From assembly GCF_001194135.2 (NCBI RefSeq), contig NC_068986.1, forward strand, positions 5,161,033 to 5,225,032: a stretch of 64,000 nucleotides of DNA, in the 5' to 3' direction. The position numbers were made by a program, and so were the translations under genes. The notes beneath the pieces were generated by a model that was not told the origin of the DNA, ran no database searches, and was given only the letters and a program-made list of their open reading frames with translations. This document shows positions 12,282 through 24,800 of this stretch, one piece after another (the stretch's first letter is position 1; the number at the start of each line of letters is the position of its first letter). The stretch is from Octopus bimaculoides (lineage: Eukaryota).

Positions 12282-12476
12282 CTCTTTTACTCTTTTACTT
12301 GTTTCAGTCTTTTGACTGTGGCCATGCTGGAGCACCACCTTTAGCCGAGCAAATTGACCCCAGGACTTATTCTTTAGAAGCCTAGTACTTATTCTATCGG
12401 TCTCTTTTGCCAAACCACTAAGTTACGGGGACATAAACACACTAGCATCGGTTGTCAAGTGATGTTGGGGGGACAA

Positions 12477-12522
<46 letters not shown>

Positions 12523-15500
12523 GACGGGCTTCTTTCAGTTTCCGTCTACCAAATCCACTCACAAGGCTTTGGTCGGCCCGAGGCTATAGTAGAAGACACT
12601 TGCCCAAGATGCCACACAGTGGGACTGAACCCGGGACCATGAGGTTGGTAAGCAAGTTACTTACCACACAGCCACTCCTACGCATATATACATATATATA
12701 TATATATATGATGGGTTCCTTTCAGTTTCCATTTATCAAATCTACTTACAAGGCTTTGGTCAGGATACAAAATTGCAAAATAGAACATTAGAAACTGCAA
12801 AAAGTATTAAAGAACTCATGCCATATTCCACCATTTTCATAATGTAAGACATGTTAATCATATGTAACAAGTTTTTTATAGTTTGAGAAATCATCAAAAT
12901 AATGCATTTAAGAAATTTTATTTTATTCAAGTATATACTTTTATTTGTTTATTTTGCAAAGGATGAAATTCCTATCGGTCTGAAAGAAAGCAGCCAGCAG
13001 GATACTAAGGGAAATAAGGTCTGTATTATTAGAAAATACCCTATTCTATTTTTATGGCACATTTTATTAATTTTTTTTTTTTTTTTTCAGTCTTTAATGA
13101 GTGTGAGAGAGTTGCAGTTATCCAAATAAATAAGGTGGCAAAACAAAATCAACATACTTTGTCACTAACCTGAAAGCATCCATGACTGAGACACTTGATT
13201 TTCAATAGCTATGGTATAAACATGTAAAACACTCCACTTTAGTTAGCAGATGCTTTAACAAATGTTCTATTTGCTCGTCATACTGAATTAAGCTTGAAGT
13301 CAGCATATAGGTTTCAAGTAGACAAAATGGAAGCTACACTGGTAAATCATCCCTGATCTGTCCTGAAATCAATAGAATCACCCAGAACTTCTTCAAGTGA
13401 TACTTTCAACAATATCAATTGGTAAAGGAAAAAACATGGAAGTAAAGGCTGGATCATAATAAGGCTAACATAAAAAGTTATGCCCATTTTTGCATTACTT
13501 TCATAAAAATGTCTTAGATAGAATGAGGTTTGGGGTAGTGTTGTATATCTGATAAAACAACTCAGCAGTAGTAGCAAAGAAAAGATATTCAACAATCAAA
13601 GACATGCTGAGATACTGGGGTCAACAAGCATGTGAGTTGGCACAGTCCAACATTGATCTGGTTCATAAAGATGAAATCTTGGTTCCACCACTCAGATTTC
13701 TTTGTCATTTAACAAGAGCCTCCAAAGTACTGAAGAAAATTAGTGTTTAAAGTACTAATGAATTCTATGAATCGTTATTGTTACATCTCTTCCAAGTGCA
13801 TTTTGACATACTTCCATTGAAGAGTAGCAGCCACCATCATCATCATTGTTTTCAGTATATGTTCCATGTCCACATTTCATACTGGTGTTGGTTTGAAAAA
13901 AAACATTGATGCTCTTTTAAATGGGTCAGGGAACCACATCTTGCTTCTAAGTTTCATTGTACGGTTAGATACCCTTTCTAACACCAGCCACTTTACAGAG
14001 TTTACAGGGTGCATTTTTTTCAAGGCATAGACCTAGTGAGATTGTTGAGTTTTCAACAAGACTGCATGGTCCTCCCAACTTTATACCTAACAGAATGTTC
14101 CAGATGCATTTTATCATGATGCCAACACTAGAGAGGATAGCAATGAAAGAGTGATGGATTACAAGAGGTGAATAAATGATGAAAGTGAATATCAAATGGC
14201 AGTGAGGAGTGTAGATAGAGTGAGTGAGATGCATGCTGGCCTAATGAGGTCCCTTAAGTATATACCTCAATGTAGTGAGAGATAGTAATAAGGACAAGAG
14301 AGGGTATATTGGAGAGAGTCAGACCGGTTCTGTAGTATCCTTTGTGATACTGGAAGCAATATACAGTGAACTGGAACACTCTTACACTTGTACCTCAAAT
14401 GCTGAAGCTGGAGGTTCAAGCTAAACAAAACATTTTAATTTTCAAGAACTGTTGCTTGTTACAAACTAAGATTAAACAATGTAATAAAATCCAACATTGC
14501 TTTCTTAACTACCTTTTATGCATATTATTTTACTGAATATGATGACTCATTCTCTGTATGCATTGTCTTTTATGTTATTGATGTTTATGACATTATTACG
14601 TTATCATCTATTTTTGCATTTGGCTTCTAAGATTCTTAATGTGAACTCATGTTGAAACAAATTTAGCTGTATCCTGGTAGGGTCATTAATCCAGTGCATA
14701 TGTTTATTATTCATGTAATGACCCTGCCAAGATATCATCCTTATACTGAATTCATAAAGTTTCTGTTTGAAACTTTGAATTCATGTTTTAAAATTATAAA
14801 TGATTTCCATACATATTTAAAAAGAAATAAAACTGTTTTTTTTTTTTGTTTTGTTTTTTGTTTCTTCATGAATAGTATTCAGAAAAGGCCAATTCAGAAG
14901 AACACACATGTGAAGAAAAAGTAAAATTGGCTGCATTAGATAAAACCATCAGGTATATTATAGTGATCTTTCATTTCTATCTATTTAAATATTTATATCT
15001 TCGGATAATTTGACAATCCATCAGTTACAATGACAAGGGTTCCAGTTAATCCAATCAACAGAACAGCCTGCTCATGAAATTAAAATGCAAGTGGCTGAGC
15101 ACTCCACAGACATGTGTACCCGTAATGTAGTTTTCAGGGAAATTCAGCATGACACAGAGTGTGACAAGGCTGGTCATTTGAAATACAGGTATTACTCATT
15201 TTTGCCATCTGAGCAAACTGGAGCAACATGAAATAAAGTGTCTTTCTCAAGGACACAACACAGCACCAGGAATTGAACTTATGATCATAAGCTGAATACC
15301 CTAACCATTAAGCCACACACCTTCTCTTGGATAATTTCATTAAGAAACAATCAATAGTGAACTAAAAATTTTGTACTTTTCTTTTTTTTCTTTTTAATAC
15401 ACCCTATCATACTCTGATACTTTACAATATACATTTCATAAATATCATTGCCTGTTAGTTTCAATATATCTTAAAACTTAAAGTATTAAGTTGGGTTAGA

Positions 15501-18172
15501 AATAACATTAAATTAATGTCAGATCTGTTTTGATCAAATTTTAGACTATTTTAAGCAGAATTGACACGTAAAAGCACCCACTACACTCTCTGAGTGGTTG
15601 GCGTTAGGAAGGGCACCCAGCTGTAGAAACACTGCCAAATCAGATTGGAGCCTGGTGTAGCCATCTGGTTTCACCAGTCCTCAGTCAAATCGTCCAACCC
15701 ATGCTAGCATGGAAAGCGGACGTTAAACGACGACGACGACTTTAAAAGTGTAGGGTTATTTTAAAATCTGAACAAGTATCACAACACTATATGCAGTACT
15801 GTCTTCTCTTAAATTGATTATATTGATAAATGTATGGACCAAAGTGAGTTTTCACAATATAGAGAGGAATTCTGCTGAAATATTTGCATTGAAAGTTATT
15901 AGTATATTATAAGACTACCAATTAAACTTAAATCATGCTTTATAAACATTAATAAATTACTTTCATTAATATTCGATCTCAGGACTCATAGAGCTGATTT
16001 CCCAGTTTCCACAGTATGTATGAGGGGGTGCTGAAAAGTTTCTGGCTTTCGGTAAAAGAAAATACAAGAGGATCAGTAAATTATAATTTTATGCAACATA
16101 TTCCCCTCTCAGATTCACACACCTATTGCAGCGATCCTTCAGTTTTTCTAAGCCCTGTAAAAGAACTCAGAAGGTTGGGCCTCTAACCAGGCCTTTTGTG
16201 ATACCTTTAAAGCCAGGAACTTTTCAGCACCCCCTCATAAGTGACCAAGATCACAATATTCCTCCTGAACAGGATGCCAGTCCATTGCAGGATTGCTCAT
16301 TTACAGCTGAGTGAACTGGAACTGTTGTTGTTGTTGGCACTCCGTCGCTTACGATGTCAAGGGTTCCAGTTGATCCGATCAACGGCACAGCCTGCTCGTG
16401 AAATTAACGTGCAAGTGGTTGAGCACTCCACAGACACGTGTACCCTTAACGTAGTTCTCGGGGATATTCAGCGTGACACAGAGTGTGACAAGGCTGACCC
16501 TTTGAATTACAGGCACAGCAGAAACAGGAAGAGTGAGAGAAAGTTGTGGTGAAAGTGTACAGCAGGGTTCGCCACCATCTGCTGTTGGAGCCTCGTGGAG
16601 CTTTAGGTGTTTTCACTCAATAAACACTCACAACGCCCGGTCTGGGAATTGAAACCGCGATCCTACGACCGCGAGTCTGCTGCCCTCACCATTGGGCCAT
16701 TGCGCCGCCACGGACTGGAGCAACATGAAATGAAATGTTTTTCTCAAGATCACAATGCACCTCCCAGGCTAGGAATCTAATCCATAGTTATCTTGCAATC
16801 ATGTGTGAAACACTCTAATCATTAAGCCACATACCTTCAATGGTTCATATGGATTTTATTATTGTTTTAGTGGTTGCATGGTTAAGAAGTTCACTTCACA
16901 ACCATTTGGTTTCCAGTTCAATCATACTGTGTGTAACTTTGGTCAGATAACAGCTGGCTAAAGTAATACCACAGAATGGGATCAAAGTAATTTTGTAGGT
17001 CTATTTAAATTGTGTCACCAAAGACAAACACTAGTATAAAAGGAAAAACAAATGTTTTGCATGTAATCACTTACTCTGCAAGGAATAGCAGCCAAATATC
17101 CCTCAAATTAACCCTCATTTTCTTAAACAAGGAAGGACACATTTGATAATGTGACTCTAGATAAACTTTATTTGAAATAAACAGGATGGTTATAGATAGA
17201 ATACCTTTGATTTTAGGTTTGTTCAAATACTAGGCTAAACAGCAATAACCGCATATAGAAATAATTATGTTTTAAACATTGCTATCTTTATATGTTTCTT
17301 TGTTTTCTTTCTCTTTCTCTCCCAATCCTCTTTCTTTTATCTGTTTTTTGATTGACTGTTTCATGCAATTTCAGTGATGAAAGTAAACAAGCTTTCCAGA
17401 GTTGGTCTGTATTTGATGATGCACAGATGACATTTTGTGAAATTGATGGTAATTATCCTAATTTATGTTCAATTATTATAATTAGTTTTCTCTTTTCTTT
17501 TCATAATATGCTTTAAACATTATTTAATCATCATATTGCTTTCATAAAAAAAAAAATTTTTCTTTTATTTTTTTTTTATGGTAGATGAATTATCATCAGA
17601 AATGGAATATGTTGATTTACTACTGAATCCTGAAAAATACACTGGTTATAGAGGACATTCACCTCATCGTATCTGGAACAGTATATATAATGAAAATTGT
17701 TTCAAGTACATTTTATTTTCTCTTACTTTCCATATTTTTTATTTGTTATCATTTGAGAGGTGTTTTAAAATTTTATCATTGGCAGATAAAATGCTTTGTG
17801 ATATTTAATTACCATATTTGGTGGCATACAAGAAGCACTTTTTTCAAACTACAAAGTTTCAAAAAATCACCCTAGATCCTATATGCAAAATTTCAGCCTC
17901 CCATAAGCATTTTGTCCCCTAAATATGCTCTACTGAAATTCCAGTATGTCAAATAAGCCTGTGCGTCTTTTATGCCATCAAATACAGTAGGTATCTTATA
18001 TTCTGACTTTACTTCCAAACTTAACTATGCTTTTTATTCTCATTGTCATTACCCGCCACTATGCAGCTCGTAAAAATATGTGTTAAACATGCATATACCT
18101 TCATAAATTGTTCAAAGTGAAAGTTATTTTTAAAGTCTGTGCTGCATTGTCTATATGTTGAAAGACATACAG

Positions 18173-18215
<43 letters not shown>

Positions 18216-18225
18216 NNNNNNNNNN

Positions 18226-18284
<59 letters not shown>

Positions 18285-20948
18285 AACAACCCCAAAAATA
18301 ACCATGTGTTAGGAAGGGCATCTGCCGTAAAACCCCTGCCAAAACAGACACAGAAGCCTGGAGTTGTCTTCTACCTGGCCAGCTCCTGTCAACCGTGATA
18401 CCCATTGCATACATGGAAGACGGACATTGAACGATGATGATGTTTATATGTATGTACATATAGTCTTTTTAACCCTCTGGTAGTGCGGTTCTGTATTTTC
18501 CATGGTTAGTGCAGCGGGGTATGGAGAAACCCGCTTATAGTTTTAGCTATTTTTGTACTTTTTATTACTTTATATATGTTCTTAAGCAATAATATTACCA
18601 AAAAACATATTCTGATATAATGTATTTATTTAACATGTAAACAAAAACAAACGAGTACACTTTGAAAATGAAGGTCAAACAAAATAAAACTATTTTTTGG
18701 TGGGGAGAGTGCTCCTTTCATATTTACTGTTTACTCATTGTTTGCACTATCATCCTCATCACTCTGAGCAAAGCAGTCAATGCAAATGTGCATGGCATGT
18801 TCCAAGCAGATGGGCTTATAGCACTTCTGGCAGCAATTTATTGTCTTGTGATCTTTTGACCTGGGATACAATGAGCATCTTTGTATGGTATCTTCATGAT
18901 GATGTTTTGGAGGCAATTCCTTAGATGGTGAGAAATGTTGAATCTTCCTTTTCAAGTCTTTCCTCAAATATAGGTTTGTTTTGCGATGATGGATATGGTC
19001 CTCCACCAACTTGAGTCCCAATTCCCTCAGAAACTTTCAGTATCTGATAGCTGTTTGAGAGTTTGCTATGAATATATTGTATGCATTGTATGCATTTATT
19101 GAGTATGGTTTAGAAAACTGTAACTGGCCAATGTCAAGTTTTTCTGGAAACATTGTAGATGGAACAGAACTGATTCACAGTGTCTACCCCTCTTTTAGTA
19201 CTGTTGTAGAAGGTAATAATTTCTGGTTTCCTTTTTTCTTTTGTACTTTCATCAATTGCAGCATCATAATTCATTGTACTCAGTAGGACAACATTTTTAC
19301 CCTTCTTGGGAACATATGAGGTCAGTGTAACATCCTTCTGGAAATCAAACAAGCTTATGTATTCAGTTCTGCCTCTTGTAGCAATAAACTGAGGAGGAAG
19401 TTCTATCTTGTTCTTTCTCAGAGTGCTAACTAATGTTAATCTATAATTCTTCAAGAGATCGACTGCAAGTCCGTAACTTGTAGACCAATTATTCATTGTA
19501 ATGTTTCTTCCAGACCCATTTATATGAGACACCAACCGTTTTACCACTGCTGCTCCTGAATTATCTACCATAGAAGGGCCTTCTGGTTGTTTCCCCAAGT
19601 AGACCTCCATACATGACACACAGAAAGTTTTAGCATCTGCCAAAATAAATATTTTTATGCCATATTTTGCTGGTTTACTTGGTATGTAGACCCTGAATGG
19701 ACAGTTCCCTCTAAAGGCAGCCAACATTTCATCTACAGTTGCATACTCTGAGACATTATGACTGGAGATACAATTATCAACAAATTTCTCAAAGAACTTT
19801 TTAAAAGATCCAAACTTATCTTCTAGCCTCCTTTCAGGCCGAGTGTGGATGTCATCAAACCTCATAGACCTCAGCAGAAAATGAAATCGATGCAAAGACA
19901 TAGTTGCCAGAAAATTTTCGATTCTTTTACCATCGGTTGCCCAAACATCTTCCAAATTCATTCGGTTAGCTCTAAAGCCTCCAAACAGATAAAGCAGTCC
20001 TATTGCAGCTTTCACCCCCCTTTCATTAGTATGTCTCTGTTTTGAACTATCTTTATATTTTCCTTGTTTTTTACTGCCAATGTAGATATTAGTGCAAGCT
20101 GCTAATTCATTCAGAAGTTCTTGTGTGAGAAACAAAGACCGGCAGTCCTTTGCAGCGTACACATATTTTCCTGCTCCTCTTGGTCCTGGTGAATCCTGTA
20201 TATGTTGTGTGCATGTGTACGCTGTGGAAGACATGGGGGAACTTCTTTCCAGAGAGTTTTGTTATTTCTGCCTATAAACTGTTTTTCTGTGTTCCTAGTA
20301 GCCTGCTGTTCATCTTCATCATCATCTTCTTCTGTTTCTTCTAAAGGGTCATCTGGTGAAGTCTGCAACATGCCATCTGCTTCAGTTCCTTCCCTCTTTA
20401 TCTGTCATTTCTTCTTCATCTGTTGTTTCTTCCTCAACTATACTCTCTTCTTCCTCTTCATCTGGTTCTTGATCAAGAAATGAGCCTGATTCTTCTATGT
20501 CTACTTCTCTCTCCACCATCTCTCTCAATTTTTCCATTTGTCTTTCATAGTCCATTGTGATTTTGAGAGGAAAGAAGATTTCTCACTTTTATGGCATTCC
20601 TATAACAATAATAAAGAAAAGGAAACAAAATTACACCTGTCAATAAATAGTACAATGAATGGTATGGTGGGGTATGCACAACCCCAGACACAAATAATAC
20701 ATGTGTACACTTCTCATCACTCAGCAAGTAATTGAGTGGAGTTGCACATTTACTCAGTGGAGTGTGCCAAGAAATTACATGGATGGATAGCACTATCACT
20801 GCTGCCAGATGTAAAACACACATATACAAACATCACCTGGGGTATGAGATACCCCACCACACCACCAGAAGGTTAAAGAATGTGTTGAGTTACATTACTG
20901 CATTTTTAATCAAAACTTGTGAGTTACTAAGGTGATAATACTACTTAT

Positions 20949-21020
<72 letters not shown>

Positions 21021-21796
21021 AACACACACTGTATTTGTCTCTTAACAACAACTTTTTCGTTTCCCCTTCTTCCCTCTCTCTACACAGATGTTCTTACAGA
21101 CAGAGATCAGCTTCTCTTGTATAATATAAGATGTGTCACTTAACCACTGGCAGTAATATAGGGTGCACCAAGTTACCAAGATCAAAACAAAGCAGAAGGA
21201 AAACAAAGGGACAAACTGCAAGATAACTCACTTCAGAAAGAAAAAAGTGCATACACTTGATTAGATACATCAATGAAACAGGACTGAGAATTGTTCTTTT
21301 AGCTTAAATCATAAGCATGTCAACCATTCCTACTCCTTGTTGTTGCCTTGATCTGCTCTCCCCAGCTATACTTGTGGCATATAGGTAATTGACCAAGCAA
21401 TTAATAGCAACCTTCAGATCAAGCACTTTGAACATCCTATGCAGAAGTTTGGCCTGAGAACACACTTCTACACTCCCTTTATATATAAATCCTTGGTCTG
21501 ACTCCAGCTTATTGGATATTTGGTACTGAATTTTTGTCAGTGTACTATGTCTTCCCATTTTACTACCAATCGACTCCACTTTTTGTTTGTGTGCAATAAA
21601 TTTTCATTTTACTACACAGGCATGGCTATGTGCTATAGAGTTTATTTTGTTTCCACATGATCTTGAGTTTTATTTCACTGCAGAGAACCTTAGGCATGTG
21701 TCTTCTATTGTAGCTTCAGGCCAACTAATACCTTTGTGAATGGAACTGGTAAATGGAAGCTATATAGAAGCTTGTGTGTGTGTAAATACATACATG

Positions 21797-21829
<33 letters not shown>

Positions 21830-24800
21830 CCAAATTTAGGGAACTGGGTAAATAAAATCCAAGTTACATATGTTTTTTAGCTAGCAGAACTTCAGAAATA
21901 GTAATTACTCAATGAAGGGTATTCTGTTGTATATCTGAATAGGTGTGTACATTATGCATCTTTGCATGAAAGTGTTCTGCTGAAAAAAAAAAAAAAGAAT
22001 GCTGTTTGTTGATATTCCTGACAAGCTAGTTGTCATAGCTTTCAAAAATTAGTGAAATAATAAAGTCCATTACTTGTTTTTAATGGGAAGGGCATCTAAT
22101 TATAAAACAATGTCTCATATTTTACCAACCCATGCTAGTATAAAAAAAAAAGACATAAAGCAAATGAACAAACACCAATGCAACTTATGATAGTATACTG
22201 TATATCTCTTCATTTTATTACAGACCTAACCCAACTTTCGCATATGGTTCACCACAACTAAAAGCAGGTATGTCAAATTAAATTGATTTTCTTTCAAAAA
22301 TTATTTTTTAAATGCAAAATCTTTTGAATGTAATGTTTTCCTCCATTTTAGATTTTGCATAATGAAATATTAAAATTTATATAAATTTAAGGATGTTGAA
22401 TATTATTTCAATATGAAGCAAGTCAAATAGATTACATTGAGTCAATCTTTTCTCATGACTTTTCATGATTTAATAGTTCTGTTTATAATCTGTGATTTGA
22501 AACACCTTGTCACAAAGTGCCTATATACATATAAAAAAATAATGGAAACTTACTTAATAATGCAGAATAAAGTTAAATCTTACTGCCATACTCTAGCAAC
22601 TGTTTAGACAATCTTCAACAACTGAAGCTTCCAAGTTCTTGTATTACCATATACATTACTCTCTAATGCTTGTGTATGAATGGTCTGAAGGTACTATGTG
22701 AGTAGAATTTACTATATTTCATACATTTGATAGAATATACTATGCAAACTCTAAGGTATTCGTTGTCATTTTCAGTCAGGCTATAGGCTAACGTCTATTG
22801 GGATTGGAAGTCTCAGTTTTAGAGATCTTTATTCATCCAAACCTATCTTTGCAGTGGCTAGCTTCACTATCTAAGCGAAATTTATTTATTTAAATGATTT
22901 TTGCTTTGAAACTATTAAAAATATGGTATTTGAAATAATATGATTTTGGTAAATGTGATTGAAAGAACATAAATTATTACTTCCACCTTAGCAAAGGCAG
23001 AGGTATTGTTTTCAGTTGTGTTTGTTTGTAGGTAAGATATCTCAAGAACCATTGGATGGATTCGGATGAAACTTGGAGATGTTTGGCCTCATAACTGGCA
23101 TAAACTGATTAGATTTTGGGATCAATCTGGTACCAGACAAGGATTCTGGATTATTTTTCCGTTTTTTTTACTTAATTTTTGAGAGCGGTCGGGTTCATTT
23201 TTAGTATTCTCGTTTGTGAGAGCAGTCAAGTTTATTTCAGATATTCTCATTTTTAAAATCATCTCCGGCTAATCGTTGGGAGGATGCTGGTGTTGCCATG
23301 GCAGAGGTTTGCGCTCTCTGAGTGCTCTTGTTTGTATAGTTTTTGTTTTGTATTTTTCTTTCCTTTGTTAGTCAGTGAAGAAACATGGCTTAGTGATTAA
23401 CATGTTCAGCTCACAATCATTAGGTCACAAACTTTTGACTAGACAGTCCATTGTGCCCTTAACTAAGGCTCTTTATTTCACAGTCCACTCAACTGAGAAT
23501 GAGTACCAGTGGCAACTAGGGAGTTAGCCCTCCAATAGACAGACTGGCTTCCCATTCAGAGACGTAGTTTTGTGCCTTCAGTTATCTGAACACCTCAAAA
23601 AGCCTGATAAGCTCTTGGTTTATGAGCCTGTTAACTTAAAGTAGACTCTTCTAAATGCCAAAAAGTGACATTTCTTATGTGTGGCTTGACATACAAAAGA
23701 AATAGATCCTGTTATATAACCTTCCACTGACTAATTTCTAGTACTCTATTGATATTTGAATCTATTCCCATGGTTACTGAAAAATATGCTTTATGCTATT
23801 ATTTTCTGTTGTAACATTTTTTGAAATAATTGGCTATTATTACTAAAGCTGGTAAATGGAAGAATGGGTTTTTTTTATTCCTTTTTATAAATCATGTGCA
23901 AAAGAAAATGACTGAACGATTTAAGAATTCACTTTACAACTACATGATTGTGGGTTCAGTCCCACCATATGACACCTTGGGCTGGTACATTCTGCTACAG
24001 CTTTGTGATAACCTTGTGGGTGAATTTGGTGGACAGAAATTGTAAGGAAGTCCATCACATATGTGTGTGCATGCATTGGTGTGTGTGTGTGTGAGCATCC
24101 TTGTGTTTATTTCTCACTGCTTGACAACCATTGTTGTCAAGAATATGTCCTTGTAACCTTGTAAGATAGCAGTTTGGCAAAACAAAATTGATAGAATAAG
24201 TATCAGATTTTAACAATAAATACTGGTGTTGATTTTATTGACGAAACCCTTCAAGACGGTACCCCAGCATAGCCACAGTCCAATGGCTGAAACAAGTAAA
24301 AGAGTAAAAAGAAGCATATTTCTCAGAGGGTCTATTCTAGCTTTTGCTTATTTGATTGTTCTTTGTTCTCTGCTTTGGTTACTTATTATTCAGCAGTGGG
24401 AATTGTTTGTAATGTTACAACAATGGTGTAGCAGCATTCTTCATATTTAATCCTTTAGCAATCAGATTACTCATTCAAATGTAATGTTTATTTATTCACA
24501 TTGTTTTGAATTTTTATCATACATTGTCTTGTAACTTTGAGATTTCAATGATGTGAATGTATATTTCTAGAATGACATTGTTGGGTAGATGTGAGAGACT
24601 GTTTGGCCACTTTGAACCTAAAACAGGTAGAATATTTGGACCAAATACAGCCTGTTTAAATGCTAAAGTGTTAAAGAGGTACAATTCAAACAAAACCATC
24701 ACATCAGCCCATGACTCATAGAAGAAATATTTGGGGATTTTCAATGAAAATCTATTTCCATTTTTGTTTTGTTCTCTCAAGTGGTTTTTGTTCTGCTTAA

